This document shows, piece after piece, positions 8,233-18,391 of a stretch of DNA of 64,000 nt (position 1 is the stretch's first letter; the number at the start of each line of letters is the position of its first letter). The notes under the pieces were generated by a model. It saw only the letters and a list, made by a program, of their open reading frames with translations, was not told the origin of the DNA and searched no databases. Source of the stretch: Planctomycetota bacterium (GTDB lineage: Bacteria; Planctomycetota; UBA1135; UBA2386); the NCBI GenBank assembly GCA_020638695.1, contig JACKIB010000020.1, forward strand, positions 19,984 through 83,983, in the 5' to 3' direction. A program made the position numbers and the translations under genes.

Positions 8233-10857
8233 TCAGCCGGCCGCCGCGGGGCGCTGGCCCGACTCGGGCAGGGCCGCGATCCGCGCCGCGAACTCGTCCG
8301 CCGGCATCGGTCGGGCATAGTGGAAGCCCTGGGCGTACGGGCAACCCAGCGCGTGCAGCAGGCGTGCCTGGCCGGGCGTCTCCACACCCTCGGCCACCGC
8401 CTCGATGGCGAGGCCCCGAGCCATCGCCACGATCGTCTCCACCAACCGCGCGTCGGCCGGGTCGTGCTCCATGTCACGCACGAACTCGCGGTCGATCTTG
8501 AGCGCCGACACCGGAAAGCGTCGCAGGTAGGACAGCGACGAGTAGCCGGTGCCGAAGTCGTCGACCGCGATGCGCACGCCGAGTGCGCGCAACCCCTCGA
8601 GCGCCTCGCGCACGCGGTCGTCCTCCTCCATCAGCAGCGACTCGGTGATCTCGAGCACCAGACGCGTGGCGCCGACCCCGGATGCCGCCAGTGCGCTCTC
8701 GACCTGGCCGGGACCGAATCCGGCGCGGAACTGTCGCGACGACACATTGACCGCGAGGTACAGGGGCTCGCCCGCGACCACCGGCCAGCGGGCCGCCTCG
8801 CGGCAGGCCGCCTCCAGCAGCCAACGCCCGAGCGGCTCGATGAGCCCGGACTCCTCCGCCACCGGAATGAACTCGCCCGGCAGCACCGGCTCCCGGCCCG
8901 GCGGACACCAGCGCGCCAACGCCTCGGCGCCGATCACCGCGTCGTCGGCGAGCCTGACGATCGGTTGCAGCCATATCTCGAACTCACCGGCGTCGATCGC
9001 ATGGCGCAGATGGCGCTCCAGCGCCACGAAGCGCTCCGCGCGCTGGGTCATCTCGCGGGTGAAGTAGCACACCACGCCCCGCCCGCGCGCCTTCGCCGCG
9101 TACATCGCGATGTCCGCGTTGCGCAGGAGCTCGCCCGCGTCTCGACCGTCGGCGGGATAGGCGGTGATGCCGATGCTCGCGCCGGCGAAGACCTCGTGGT
9201 GGTCGAGCACGAACGGGCGCGCGATGGCGTCGATGATCGCCTCGGCCACCACCGTCGAAGCCATCCCGGGACCGCTGTCGGTGAGCAACACCGTGAACTC
9301 GTCACCACCGAGGCGCGCCACCAGATCGGTCTCGCGGATGCAGGCACGAATGCGCCGCGCCGCCTCCACCAGGAGCGCGTCGCCGATCTCGTGGCCGAAC
9401 GCGTCGTTGACGTTCTTGAAGCGGTCGAGGTCGATGAACAGGAGCGCGACCGCGGTGCGCGAGCGCTGAGCCCGGCGGACCGCCGCGTCGAGCTGCTCGA
9501 GGAAGCTCGCGCGATTGGCGAGCCCGGTCAGCGGATCGAAGTTCGCCCGCCGATGCACGTCCTCCTCGGCGCGGCGGATCTCGGTGACGTCGGTGTGGAT
9601 TCCGACCAGGCCGCCATCGGCGGTGCGCCGCTCGGCGATGCCGATGACGCGACCGTTCGCGAACCGCAGCTCGACGTTGCCACGCGCCTCGCGATGGCCA
9701 CTGGCGCGGGCGGTGATCCAGGTCTCGGGATCCTCGGAGATGTGCAGATTGCCGTCGGCCACGAAGCGCTGGAGAAGCTCGCGGTAGGGGACGCCCGGCC
9801 GCAGACCGTCGGCGAGCGGCCCGTAGATCTCGCGGTAGCGCGCGTTGCACAGCACGAACCGATCATCGGCGTCCCACAGCACGAAGCCCTCGTGGATGGC
9901 ATCGATGGCATCGGCCAGCCGCTGACTGCTGCGACCGAGCTCGGCTCGGGCGCCGGCGCGCTCACGCTCGGCACGGACCCGCACCGCAGCCAACCCGGCC
10001 GCCAGGCAGGCGATGAGCACGGTGACCAGGCGCAGCACCCAGGCCTCGGGGCTGGTCGTCGGCCAGCCGTCGCGCGGCGTCGCCGCGAGCTGCCAGCTCC
10101 CACCCGGCATCTGCACCTCGGCCACCACCGAGTCCTGGTCGAACAGTGACGGCGAGCCGTAGAAGACCTCCCCCGTGGCACCGAGCCCGTCTCGCCCGCG
10201 GATGGCGACCTTGAGGGAGAGGCCCGGGTCGTGCAGGCCGACCCTGGCGTAGATCTGGTCGAGGTCGACGACCGCCGCGACGAGTCCCCAGAACCGCCGC
10301 GCCCCCCCGTCGTCGTCGGTGAAGACCGGCGCCCGCACGATCAACCCCCGCCCGCCCTGCACCAGCTCGACCGGCCCGGCGACGACGACCTGACCGGTGT
10401 CACGTGCGCGCAGCGCCGCGTCGCGCTGTGCCGGCACGGCGCGGTAGTCGAGCCCGATGGCGGCCCGGTTCTCGGCGAGCGGATAGACGTGGCGGATGAT
10501 GAGGTCGGGCGCGGCGGAGATGCTGCGGAGATCGGTGCCCTCGGCCACCAACATGCGCCCGAGGGCATCGAAGTGGGTCGCGTCCGCGTCGGGGTGGAGC
10601 GCGATCTCGAGAGCCAGGCCCCGCACGAGGAACAGACTGCTGGTGAGGCGGCTCTCGAGCCGTCCGCGCAACACGAACAGCTTCTCCTGGACCGCATCGC
10701 GAGCCACCTGGCGGCTGCGCTCGCCCACCGCGCGATCGACGAGGACGCCGATGGTGAGGACCGCGATCACCACCACCGCGGGCCAACGCCAGGTCCCACG
10801 GGTCAGGGCCGACGCGCCTGCGGGCACGCCGGGTGCGATCGCGTGGCGTTCGGTCAT
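8233..10857 (-). CDS. CHASE-PAS-GGDEF-EAL signalling protein (c-di-GMP synthesis/hydrolysis)
   Basis: 874-aa ORF. N-terminal TM helix, a periplasmic CHASE-like domain and a second TM helix. Then PAS, GGDEF (RLGGDEFTVLL) and EAL (GAEALARW, DDFGTGYSSLSYL). Confidence 0.85.
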   Translation of the reverse strand: MTERHAIAPGVPAGASALTRGTWRWPAVVVIAVLTIGVLVDRAVGERSRQVARDAVQEKLFVLRGRLESRLTSSLFLVRGLALEIALHPDADATHFDALGRMLVAEGTDLRSISAAPDLIIRHVYPLAENRAAIGLDYRAVPAQRDAALRARDTGQVVVAGPVELVQGGRGLIVRAPVFTDDDGGARRFWGLVAAVVDLDQIYARVGLHDPGLSLKVAIRGRDGLGATGEVFYGSPSLFDQDSVVAEVQMPGGSWQLAATPRDGWPTTSPEAWVLRLVTVLIACLAAGLAAVRVRAERERAGARAELGRSSQRLADAIDAIHEGFVLWDADDRFVLCNARYREIYGPLADGLRPGVPYRELLQRFVADGNLHISEDPETWITARASGHREARGNVELRFANGRVIGIAERRTADGGLVGIHTDVTEIRRAEEDVHRRANFDPLTGLANRASFLEQLDAAVRRAQRSRTAVALLFIDLDRFKNVNDAFGHEIGDALLVEAARRIRACIRETDLVARLGGDEFTVLLTDSGPGMASTVVAEAIIDAIARPFVLDHHEVFAGASIGITAYPADGRDAGELLRNADIAMYAAKARGRGVVCYFTREMTQRAERFVALERHLRHAIDAGEFEIWLQPIVRLADDAVIGAEALARWCPPGREPVLPGEFIPVAEESGLIEPLGRWLLEAACREAARWPVVAGEPLYLAVNVSSRQFRAGFGPGQVESALAASGVGATRLVLEITESLLMEEDDRVREALEGLRALGVRIAVDDFGTGYSSLSYLRRFPVSALKIDREFVRDMEHDPADARLVETIVAMARGLAIEAVAEGVETPGQARLLHALGCPYAQGFHYARPMPADEFAARIAALPESGQRPAAAG

Positions 10858-11087
10858 GGCCCTCTATCGGACACCGCGCGTCGATTCCTTAGCCCACCGG
10901 CGCGCGCCGACCCAATCCCCGACAGGGCGTAGCGCCGCTGCCGAGCTCGAGGCGCCGTCTCATACCGAGTCGCCCCTGCGCACCGTCGCTCCCCAGTGGT
11001 CCGCGAAGCCTCGCGCGATTGTACGCGACGACCGAAGGGCCGGTCCCGGACCCGGTCGGTCCTTCCGCGGCGGCGAACCGACCGGCT

Positions 11088-12077
11088 TCAGGCCGGCTCG
11101 GGGCTCGTCGCGGCAAGAAAGCAGCGCACTGCGTGGGCGGCTGCTGGACGCGACTCCTCGGGATAGGACTCCGTGCAGCGCTCGAGCCGATGCCTGCAAC
11201 GCGGCGCGAAGGCGCACCCGACCGGCAGCGATGCGAGGTCCGGGGGCGAGCCCGGAATCGCCTCCAGTCGCTGACCGCGCATCGCGCCGTGCACGGTCGA
11301 GGCGAGGAGACCCTGGGTGTACGGGTGCGATGGAGTCTTGATCACGGTGCCAACCGGACCACTCTCCACGAAACGCCCGGCATACATCACCGCGATGCGG
11401 TCGGCGATCTCCACCGCCACCCCCACGTCGTGGGTGACGAAAATCACCGCCATCCCGAGCTCGCGTTGCAGCTCGCGCAGCAGCAGCAGGATCTGGATCT
11501 GCACCGAGGCGTCGAGCGCGGTGGTCGGCTCGTCGGCGAGGAGCACGTCCGGGCGGCACGAGAGCGCGAGCGCGATCATCGCGCGCTGGCGCATCCCGCC
11601 GGAGAGCTCGTGCGGATAGGAGGCGAGCCGGCGCTCCGGCGACGGAATCCGCACCAGGTCCAGGAGCTCGACGGCACGACGGTGCGCATCGGCGCGCGAG
11701 ACCTTCTCGTGGCGCACGATGGTCTCGGTGATCTGGCGCCCCACGGTGTAGACCGGATCGAAGGCGAGCGCCGGCTCCTGGAAGATCATCGACACCTGGC
11801 CGCCGCGGAGATCGGAGAGCGCGCGCTCGCCCATCGACATCACCTCGCGGCCGGCGACCTTCACCGAGCCGGACAGCCGGGCGCGACGTGGCGGCAGCAA
11901 GCGAATCATCGCGCGCAACGTCACGCTCTTTCCGGACCCCGACTCGCCGAGGATGCACAGCGCCTCGCCGCGCGCGAGGTCGAGGTCCACGCCGTTGACG
12001 GCATGGACGGTGGCGTCGCGGCTGACGAAGCTGACCCGGAGATCCCGGATCGAGACCAGCGGCTCGGCGCTACCCAC
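11088..12077 (-). CDS. ABC transporter ATP-binding protein (DppD/OppD-like)
   Basis: Walker A GESGSGKS, signature LSGGMRQR, Walker [12 protein letters not shown] and a C-terminal oligopeptide-type extension. Its start overlaps the amidase stop by 8 nt. Confidence 0.85.
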   Translation of the reverse strand: MGSAEPLVSIRDLRVSFVSRDATVHAVNGVDLDLARGEALCILGESGSGKSVTLRAMIRLLPPRRARLSGSVKVAGREVMSMGERALSDLRGGQVSMIFQEPALAFDPVYTVGRQITETIVRHEKVSRADAHRRAVELLDLVRIPSPERRLASYPHELSGGMRQRAMIALALSCRPDVLLADEPTTALDASVQIQILLLLRELQRELGMAVIFVTHDVGVAVEIADRIAVMYAGRFVESGPVGTVIKTPSHPYTQGLLASTVHGAMRGQRLEAIPGSPPDLASLPVGCAFAPRCRHRLERCTESYPEESRPAAAHAVRCFLAATSPEPA

Positions 12078-13497
12078 CCGTGTCGTCCTCCCCCGGGTGC
12101 TGCTCGACCCAGCCCGCAGCCGCCTCGTAGGCGGCCCCGAAACGGAACAGCGATGCCTCGTCGAACGGCCGCCCGACGAGCTGGAACGACAGCGGCAGCC
12201 CGCTGGACGAGAACCCGGCGGGCACCGACAGCCCGGGCAGGGCGAGGTAGTTGATCGGCCGCGAGCAGCGGGTCATGTCGGTGATCATCTTGCGCATCTC
12301 GGGGCTGTCGGCGACGTCCGTCTCGGCGATGGTCGGCACCGGGAAACCGAGGATCGGGCAGTGCAGGACGTCGCACCGCGAGAACACCGCCTCGACGAAC
12401 CGGCGGATCACACGCGGGCGGACCTGCAGCGCCGCGAGATAGTCACCGGCCGGGTAGGCGAGGGTCATCTCCAGCCGGGCGCGCACCTGGGGCCCGTAGT
12501 CGTCGGGACGATCGCGCAGCCAGGCGCGGTGGAGCGCGATGGCCTCGGTGCCGGACAGCGCACCGCCGATGACCGAGGTCGCCTCCGCGTCCGGAAGCGT
12601 CACCTCGACCACCTCGGCCCCGAGCGAGCGGTAGACGTCGAGACTCGCCTGCAACGCGGACCGGATCTCCGGGTGCACGCCGTCGTAGTAGTAGTTGGCC
12701 GGCACGCCGATGCGGGTGCCACGGATGTCGGGATCGGTCGCCGCCGCCTCGTAGCCCGCCACCGGGCGGCGGCTGGAGGTCGGGTCGAGTGGGTCGTGGC
12801 CGGCGATGACCTCGGTGATTCGGGCGCAGTCGCGCACGGTGCGGGTCAGTGGCCCGACGGTGTCGAGTGAGTACGAGAGCCCCATCACGCCGTAGCGCGA
12901 GACGCGGGTCTGGGTGGGCTTGATTCCCGCCAGCCCGCACATCGCGGCCGGCAGACGAATCGAGCCGCCGGTATCGGAGCCGAGTGCGCCGAACACCAGC
13001 CTGCCGGCGACCGCGGAGCCCGAGCCGCTGGACGATCCACCGGTGACGTGCGCGGTGTTCCAGGGATTGCGCGCCGGCCCGAAGTGGTGATTGTGGCCGG
13101 TGGGACCGAACGCGAACTCCGACATGTTGAGCCCACCGAGGTTCAGCGCACCGGCCGCCTCCAGCCGGGTCAGAACCGTGGCCGTACGGTCGGGCCGGAA
13201 GTCGCGCCGGATCCTCGAGCCGCAGGTCGTCACCACGCCCTCGCGGTAGTACATGTCCTTGTGGGCGAGCGGAACGCCGTGCAGCGGTCCCAGCGTCTCG
13301 CCCGCGGCACGACGGCGGTCCGCCGCGTCGGCCTGGGCCAGCGCGCCCTCCGGATCGAACGAGATGTAGCAGTTGAGCCGCGCGCCCAGCCGCTCGGTGC
13401 GACGAATGCACGCCTCGGTCAGCTCCCGCGACGAGACCTCGCCGTCGCGAACCATGCGCGCCGCCTCGACCAGGGACAGGTGAGTGAGCGCGGTCAT
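12070..13497 (-). CDS. amidase-signature enzyme (AtzE/GatA-like)
   Basis: 475-aa ORF with the amidase signature GGSSSGSGSAVA and the Lys in PLAHKDM. Confidence 0.85.
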   Translation of the reverse strand: MTALTHLSLVEAARMVRDGEVSSRELTEACIRRTERLGARLNCYISFDPEGALAQADAADRRRAAGETLGPLHGVPLAHKDMYYREGVVTTCGSRIRRDFRPDRTATVLTRLEAAGALNLGGLNMSEFAFGPTGHNHHFGPARNPWNTAHVTGGSSSGSGSAVAGRLVFGALGSDTGGSIRLPAAMCGLAGIKPTQTRVSRYGVMGLSYSLDTVGPLTRTVRDCARITEVIAGHDPLDPTSSRRPVAGYEAAATDPDIRGTRIGVPANYYYDGVHPEIRSALQASLDVYRSLGAEVVEVTLPDAEATSVIGGALSGTEAIALHRAWLRDRPDDYGPQVRARLEMTLAYPAGDYLAALQVRPRVIRRFVEAVFSRCDVLHCPILGFPVPTIAETDVADSPEMRKMITDMTRCSRPINYLALPGLSVPAGFSSSGLPLSFQLVGRPFDEASLFRFGAAYEAAAGWVEQHPGEDDTGG

Positions 13498-13715
13498 CGA
13501 CTGCCCTCCGCCGGCGGAGCGAGCTCGGCGAGGACGGTCTCCAGATTCTGCGGCTCGGTGTCGAACAGGGACTCGGCCGCGAGAGCGGCCAACGCCTCGC
13601 CGACACCTTCGACCGCCGCGGCCATCCGCTCGGCGGACTCCGCGGACGGGCGACGCCCGAGCGTCGACGCCACGAGATCGGCGAGCCCGGCGGGATCGGG
13701 TCTGCTCATCACCAT
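13494..13715 (-). CDS. small AtzG/GatC-like (DUF4089-type) partner subunit of the amidase
   Basis: 73-aa acidic, Ala-rich ORF whose stop overlaps the amidase ATG (ATGA). Size, position and composition match the AtzG-AtzE arrangement. Assignment is from memory, not searched. Confidence 0.5.
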   Translation of the reverse strand: MVMSRPDPAGLADLVASTLGRRPSAESAERMAAAVEGVGEALAALAAESLFDTEPQNLETVLAELAPPAEGSR

Positions 13716-13765
13716 CTCCTCAATTCGACACCACTACGAGTCCCCGACCACGGCGCGATCGCGCC

Positions 13766-14815
13766 TCAGGCCGAGGGTCCGGCCGGGGCGTCCGGATGGC
13801 CGGACCCCGGCGTCACCAGGTGACAGGCCACGCTTCGCCCGCTCGCCGCGACGTCGGCCACCAGCGGTGGCTCGCGGTCCCGGCACACCGCCTGCGCGAA
13901 CGGGCAGCGGGTGTGGAACCGGCATCCCGACGGCGGATTGATGGGGCTCGGCGGGTCGCCGGCCAACGGCGCGTCCTCGGTGCGACGATCCGGATCCATC
14001 GACGGCATCGCCGACAACAGCGCGCGGGTGTACGGGTGCTGGGGCTCGCGGTACATCACGTCCACCGGACCGACCTCGACCACCTTGCCGAGGTACATCA
14101 CCAGCACCCGATCGCTCACGTATTGCACGACGTTGAGATCGTGCGAGATGAAGAGATAGGTGAGCGCGAACTCGCGCTTGAGATCGCTGAGGAGGTTGAG
14201 CACCTGTGCCTCGACCGACTTGTCGAGCGCGGAGACCGCCTCGTCGAGCACCAGGAGATCGGGCTGGATCGCGAGCGCGCGGGCGATGTTCACCCGCTGG
14301 CGCTGACCGCCCGAGAGCTCGTGAGGATAGCGGCGGATGAACAGATTCGGATCCAGGCCGACCTTGCCGAGGATGTCCCTCGCGCGCGCGCGCGCCTCGC
14401 GCCTCGGCGTGCCGTGGACGATCGGCCCGAACGCGATGGTGTCCTCGATGGTCAGGCGCGGGTTGAGCGACGAGTACGAGTCCTGGAACACCATCTGGGC
14501 ATGGCGTCGCAGCTCGCGCAGCGGGATCCGACCGGCACCCTCGCCCACCTCCTTGCCGCCGTAGCGAATCCGCCCCGCGTCGGGCGTGATGAGCGCGAGC
14601 AGCAGCCGGGCGGTGGTCGACTTGCCACAGCCCGATTCGCCGACGATGCCGAGCGTCTCGCCACGCTCGACCTCGAAGCTCACGTCGTCGACCGCCTGCA
14701 CGGTCGCGAGCTGGCGGTTCAGGACGCCCCCGGTGACCGGGAAGTACTTGCGCAGATCCTGCACCGACAGCAGCGGCGTGCCGCCCGCCCTCGCCCCGTT
14801 CACCACCGCGCTCAC
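13766..14815 (-). CDS. ABC transporter ATP-binding protein (DppF/OppF-like)
   Basis: Track ORF 13766..14959 trimmed to the GTG at 14815 (VSAVVNGARAGGTPLLSVQDLRKYF...), which overlaps the permease stop as GTGA. Walker A GESGCGKST, signature LSGGQRQR. Confidence 0.8.
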   Translation of the reverse strand: MSAVVNGARAGGTPLLSVQDLRKYFPVTGGVLNRQLATVQAVDDVSFEVERGETLGIVGESGCGKSTTARLLLALITPDAGRIRYGGKEVGEGAGRIPLRELRRHAQMVFQDSYSSLNPRLTIEDTIAFGPIVHGTPRREARARARDILGKVGLDPNLFIRRYPHELSGGQRQRVNIARALAIQPDLLVLDEAVSALDKSVEAQVLNLLSDLKREFALTYLFISHDLNVVQYVSDRVLVMYLGKVVEVGPVDVMYREPQHPYTRALLSAMPSMDPDRRTEDAPLAGDPPSPINPPSGCRFHTRCPFAQAVCRDREPPLVADVAASGRSVACHLVTPGSGHPDAPAGPSA

Positions 14816-15711
14816 AGTCTCACGTCCATGGCACTGCGCAGGCCGTCGCTCATCAGATTGAAGCTGAGCGAGGTGAAGAAGATCATCACCCCCGGCAACG
14901 CCGCCACCCACGGCGAGACGTAGATCGACTGCCGCAGGGTATTGAGCATCAGCCCCCATTCGGGGTGCGGCGGCTCGGTGCCGAGACCGAGGAAGCTCAG
15001 GCCCGCGGCGAGGATGATGCTCACGCTGATGAGACTGGTGGCGTAGATGAAGACCGGCCCGAGCACGTTGCTCAGCACGTGCACGCGAATGATGGTGAAG
15101 GTGCCGGCGCCGCTCGCGCGCGCCGCATCGACGAAGTCCAGACTTCGGACCTGGGTGGTCACGCTCTCGGTCACCCGCGCGATGGGCGGCACGAAGACCA
15201 CTGTCAGCGACACGATGGCGTTGGTGACACCGGCGCCGAGCGAGCCGGAGATCGCGACCGCGAGCAGCACCGACGGGAAGGCGTAGAGGACGTCGATGGT
15301 GCGCATGATCAGCATGTTCACCCGCCCACCGAGGAAGCCCGCCACCAGCCCCAGCGCACCGCCGATGACCAGTGCATAGACCACCGGGACGATACCCATG
15401 AACAGCGACAGGCGCCCGCCGTGGAGCAGACGCGAGAGCATGTCGCGTCCGAGCTCGTCGGTGCCGAGCGGGAAACCCTCGGTGCCGATCGGCTTGAGCC
15501 GCTTGAGCATGCTGGTCTTGTACGGGTCGGCCGGGGCGAGCCAGTCCGCGAGCACCGCCGAGAGCACGATCAGGGCGAGCACCACGAAGCAGGCGATCGT
15601 CACCTTGTCACCGCGAAGGCGTAGCCACACCGTCTTCCAGTAGCCACGCGACTGCGCCGCGACCTGGGCCGCGTCGACCATCGCCGCCGAGGTCTCGGTC
15701 GCCTGGCTCAT
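14812..15711 (-). CDS. ABC transporter permease (DppC/OppC-like)
   Basis: Track ORF trimmed to MSQATETSAAMVDAAQ... (ATGA overlap with the upstream permease). Multiple TM helices and an EAA-like loop (DFVDAARASGAG). Confidence 0.8.
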   Translation of the reverse strand: MSQATETSAAMVDAAQVAAQSRGYWKTVWLRLRGDKVTIACFVVLALIVLSAVLADWLAPADPYKTSMLKRLKPIGTEGFPLGTDELGRDMLSRLLHGGRLSLFMGIVPVVYALVIGGALGLVAGFLGGRVNMLIMRTIDVLYAFPSVLLAVAISGSLGAGVTNAIVSLTVVFVPPIARVTESVTTQVRSLDFVDAARASGAGTFTIIRVHVLSNVLGPVFIYATSLISVSIILAAGLSFLGLGTEPPHPEWGLMLNTLRQSIYVSPWVAALPGVMIFFTSLSFNLMSDGLRSAMDVRL

Positions 15712-16661
15712 GTCCGCGCCATCCGCGGGTCGATCGCGCTCTGCAGGATATCGACCATCAGGTTCAGGACCACGAAGAACATCGCGAGCACCAGGATCGT
15801 CCCCTGGAGCAGGGGGATGTCGCGGCGGAAGATGGCGTCGTTCAGGAGGAATCCGGTGCCCGGCCAGGAAAAGACGGTCTCCACCAGGATCGATCCGCCC
15901 ATCAGGTAACCGAGCTGCAGGCCGAGCACCGCGAGCACCGTCGGCGCTGCGTTCTTCACCACGTGCGCGAGCACCTGGTAGCTGCGCAACCCCTTCGCGC
16001 GGAGCGTCTGCACGAACTCCTGGCTCAGGATCTCGGCCATCGCCGCGCGCATGGTGCGCGTCACGATTCCCATCGGAATCACCGACAGCGTGACCACCGG
16101 TAGCACCAGGTGCTTCATGTGCTCGATGTCCCACGCCCAGGCACTCGATCCACCGGGACCCATGCCCATCGCCGGCAGGGTGTTCAGCTCGACCGCGAAC
16201 ACGATGACCAGCACGATCCCCAGCCAGTAATGCGGGATGCTGACACCGGTGATCGCGATCGCGGTGGAGAGCTTGTCGATCCAGGTGCCCTGGTAGTACC
16301 CCGCGATGCCACCGAACAGACATCCCAGAGTGAAGCCGAGCAGGCTCGCGCCGGCGGCGAGCACCAGCGTGTTCGGCACTGCGGCGCGCAGCGCCTCGGT
16401 CACCGAGCGGCCGGTGGCCACCGACGTGCCGAGATCACCGGTCAGGGTCCGCCCCAGCCAGATGAAGTACTGCACCGGCAGCGGCTTGTCGAAGCCGTAG
16501 TCGCGCTTGAGCTGCTCGACCACCTCCTTCGGCGCATCCGGCGCGACCACCGCGTTCAGCGGGTCGCCGGGTGCGAGATGGACGAGCGAGAACACGAGCA
16601 CCGTCACGCCGAGCGCGATCGGCAGCACGTAGAGGAGACGGCGCAGGATATAGGCGGTCAT
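15708..16661 (-). CDS. ABC transporter permease (DppB/OppB-like)
   Basis: 317-aa ORF starting MTAYILRRLLYVLPIALGVTVLVFSLVHLAPGDP, the canonical DppB N-terminus. Also carries QEFVQTLRAKGL. Confidence 0.85.
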   Translation of the reverse strand: MTAYILRRLLYVLPIALGVTVLVFSLVHLAPGDPLNAVVAPDAPKEVVEQLKRDYGFDKPLPVQYFIWLGRTLTGDLGTSVATGRSVTEALRAAVPNTLVLAAGASLLGFTLGCLFGGIAGYYQGTWIDKLSTAIAITGVSIPHYWLGIVLVIVFAVELNTLPAMGMGPGGSSAWAWDIEHMKHLVLPVVTLSVIPMGIVTRTMRAAMAEILSQEFVQTLRAKGLRSYQVLAHVVKNAAPTVLAVLGLQLGYLMGGSILVETVFSWPGTGFLLNDAIFRRDIPLLQGTILVLAMFFVVLNLMVDILQSAIDPRMART

Positions 16662-16762
16662 GGCTCGCGGGTTCCGGGCGGAACCGGCCGGCGCGCGCGG
16701 CGCCGGCCGGGGTGACGGTCGATGCCGGGGGCCGCACTGCCCCCCGGCGGGTCAGCGCGGCG

Positions 16763-18391
16763 TCACTGCTCCATGTACACCGGGGTCAGCGACTGGAACC
16801 AGTTGCGCGCCTGAGCGAAGCCCTTGACCTTCTTCGACATCGCGCGCGGCGCGACATCGTGCACCACCCAGATGAACAGCGCCTCGTTCACCTCCTTGGT
16901 GTGGACCTTGCCGAGCCACTCGTCGCGCTCGGCGTCGGTCTTGGCGAGCGAGGCGTTCTTCAGCATCTCGTCCATCTCGGGATTGCTGTAGTAGCCCCAG
17001 TTCACGCCGTTCGGGGCGTGCAGGTCGGAGCGCAGGAATCGCGTGAACGAGCTGTACGGATCCTGAGTGGTGTAGCTCACGTTGATGGCATGGCCACCGG
17101 CCGAGTCCGGAGACTTCGACCCGGCACGCCAGCGATCGAGCAAGCTCTGCCACTCCATCACCTCGAACTCGACCTCGATGCCGACCTCCTTCAGGTTCTG
17201 CTGGATGTACTCGTTCATCGCGAGCGGCAGCATCTGCCCGGAGCCGCTGGCCGAGATCAGGATCTTGGTCTTGGCCGGCTTGCTCGGTCCGTAGCCGGCC
17301 TCGGCCATCAGCTTCTTGGCCGCCTCGGGGTCGTACTTGATATCGAAGCTCGGGTTACCCCACCAGGCGTCGCCCGGGGACACGTGCCCCTTCGCTGGCA
17401 CCGCGTATCCGCCGAGGAGCTGCACGATGCCATCGCGGTCGATGGCGAGATTGGCCGCCTTTCGCACCCGCTCGTCGTTCCAGATCGAGCCCTCGATGAA
17501 GCTCAGGTGGTACGGCCACACGTGCGGATACTGGTTGGAGACGATGTCGAAGCCCTGCTGCTTGATGCGCGGAATCGCGTCCGGCGCCGGCGCCTCGATC
17601 CAGTCGACCTGGCCGGAGAGCAGCGCGTTGGTGCGCGCGTTCGGGTCGGGAATCGGGAAGGTGATGACCTTGTCGAGCTTCGGAACGCGGGTCTTGTCCC
17701 AGTGCTCCTTGAACGGCTCGAACTCGGCGCGCTCGCGCGGCACCAGCTTGGTCAGGCGCCATGGGCCGGTGCCCGAGGGCGTCTTGGCGAACTCGTTCCA
17801 GTCCTTGCCGGTCTGCTCCCAGGCCGCGGGGCTCGCCATCACGATGTAGCAGATCTGGTAGGGGAAGAAGCTGTCGGCGGCGTGCAGCGTGAACTCCACG
17901 GTGTGGTCGTCGACCTTGCGCCACGACTTCACCGCCGGGATGCGGAAGTTCACCAGCGAGGCCTGACGGGCGCTGTACTGCGGCGCGTCCTGCTTGAACA
18001 GCTTGTCGAAGTTGAACAGCACGGCGTCGGCGTTGAACTCGGAGCCGTCGTGGAACTTCACGCCCTGGCGCAGCTTGAAAGTCCACTTGGTGGGATCGTC
18101 GGGATTCGGTGCCCAGCTCTCGGCGAGCCCCGGGACCAGGCCCGATGGACGATCGACGGCAGTGAGATCCCAGTTCACGAGCGCGTCGTAGACCATGAGG
18201 CCCATGTACCGAAACCCCTCGAAGCCGTTGTCCGGCTGACCGAAGGACACCGGGATGTCGGCCGCGGTCATACCCAGCCGCAGCGTGCCCTGGGCATGAA
18301 CGGCCCCCGGGGCGGTGATGGCGAGCGCGGCACTGAGCAGCGCTCCCGTGAGTCCACGCGCGCGAGCGCGACGGCGAGCGATTGGCAACAT
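16763..18391 (-). CDS. ABC transporter substrate-binding protein, family 5 (peptide/nickel/opine type)
   Basis: Track ORF trimmed to Met11 (MLPIARRRARARGLTGALLSAALAITAPGAVHA, a signal peptide). SBP_bac_5-like body of about 540 aa. Confidence 0.8.
   Translation of the reverse strand: MLPIARRRARARGLTGALLSAALAITAPGAVHAQGTLRLGMTAADIPVSFGQPDNGFEGFRYMGLMVYDALVNWDLTAVDRPSGLVPGLAESWAPNPDDPTKWTFKLRQGVKFHDGSEFNADAVLFNFDKLFKQDAPQYSARQASLVNFRIPAVKSWRKVDDHTVEFTLHAADSFFPYQICYIVMASPAAWEQTGKDWNEFAKTPSGTGPWRLTKLVPRERAEFEPFKEHWDKTRVPKLDKVITFPIPDPNARTNALLSGQVDWIEAPAPDAIPRIKQQGFDIVSNQYPHVWPYHLSFIEGSIWNDERVRKAANLAIDRDGIVQLLGGYAVPAKGHVSPGDAWWGNPSFDIKYDPEAAKKLMAEAGYGPSKPAKTKILISASGSGQMLPLAMNEYIQQNLKEVGIEVEFEVMEWQSLLDRWRAGSKSPDSAGGHAINVSYTTQDPYSSFTRFLRSDLHAPNGVNWGYYSNPEMDEMLKNASLAKTDAERDEWLGKVHTKEVNEALFIWVVHDVAPRAMSKKVKGFAQARNWFQSLTPVYMEQ

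Noticed and set aside
129-10149. Many long ORFs antisense to, or out of frame with, the genes called here (for example 129..1283-, 404..1447+, 2534..3916-, 3978..4985-, 5547..6953-, 6982..8199-, 8320..10149+, and equivalents throughout the window such as 16571..18535+, 20220..21935-, 25675..27309+, 41611..43593+).
   Set aside because: Their translations are Arg/Ala/Gly/Pro/His-rich low-complexity strings with no motifs. Each is fully overlapped by an ORF with clear family signatures. This is the expected artefact of stop-codon-poor frames in very GC-rich DNA.
11018-11023. TACAAT (minus strand) -10-like hexamer about 160 nt upstream of the GGDEF-EAL gene start.
   Set aside because: An isolated hexamer with only a 3/6 -35 match (GGGACC at an 18-nt spacing) and a long distance to the ATG. 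It cannot be supported from sequence alone.
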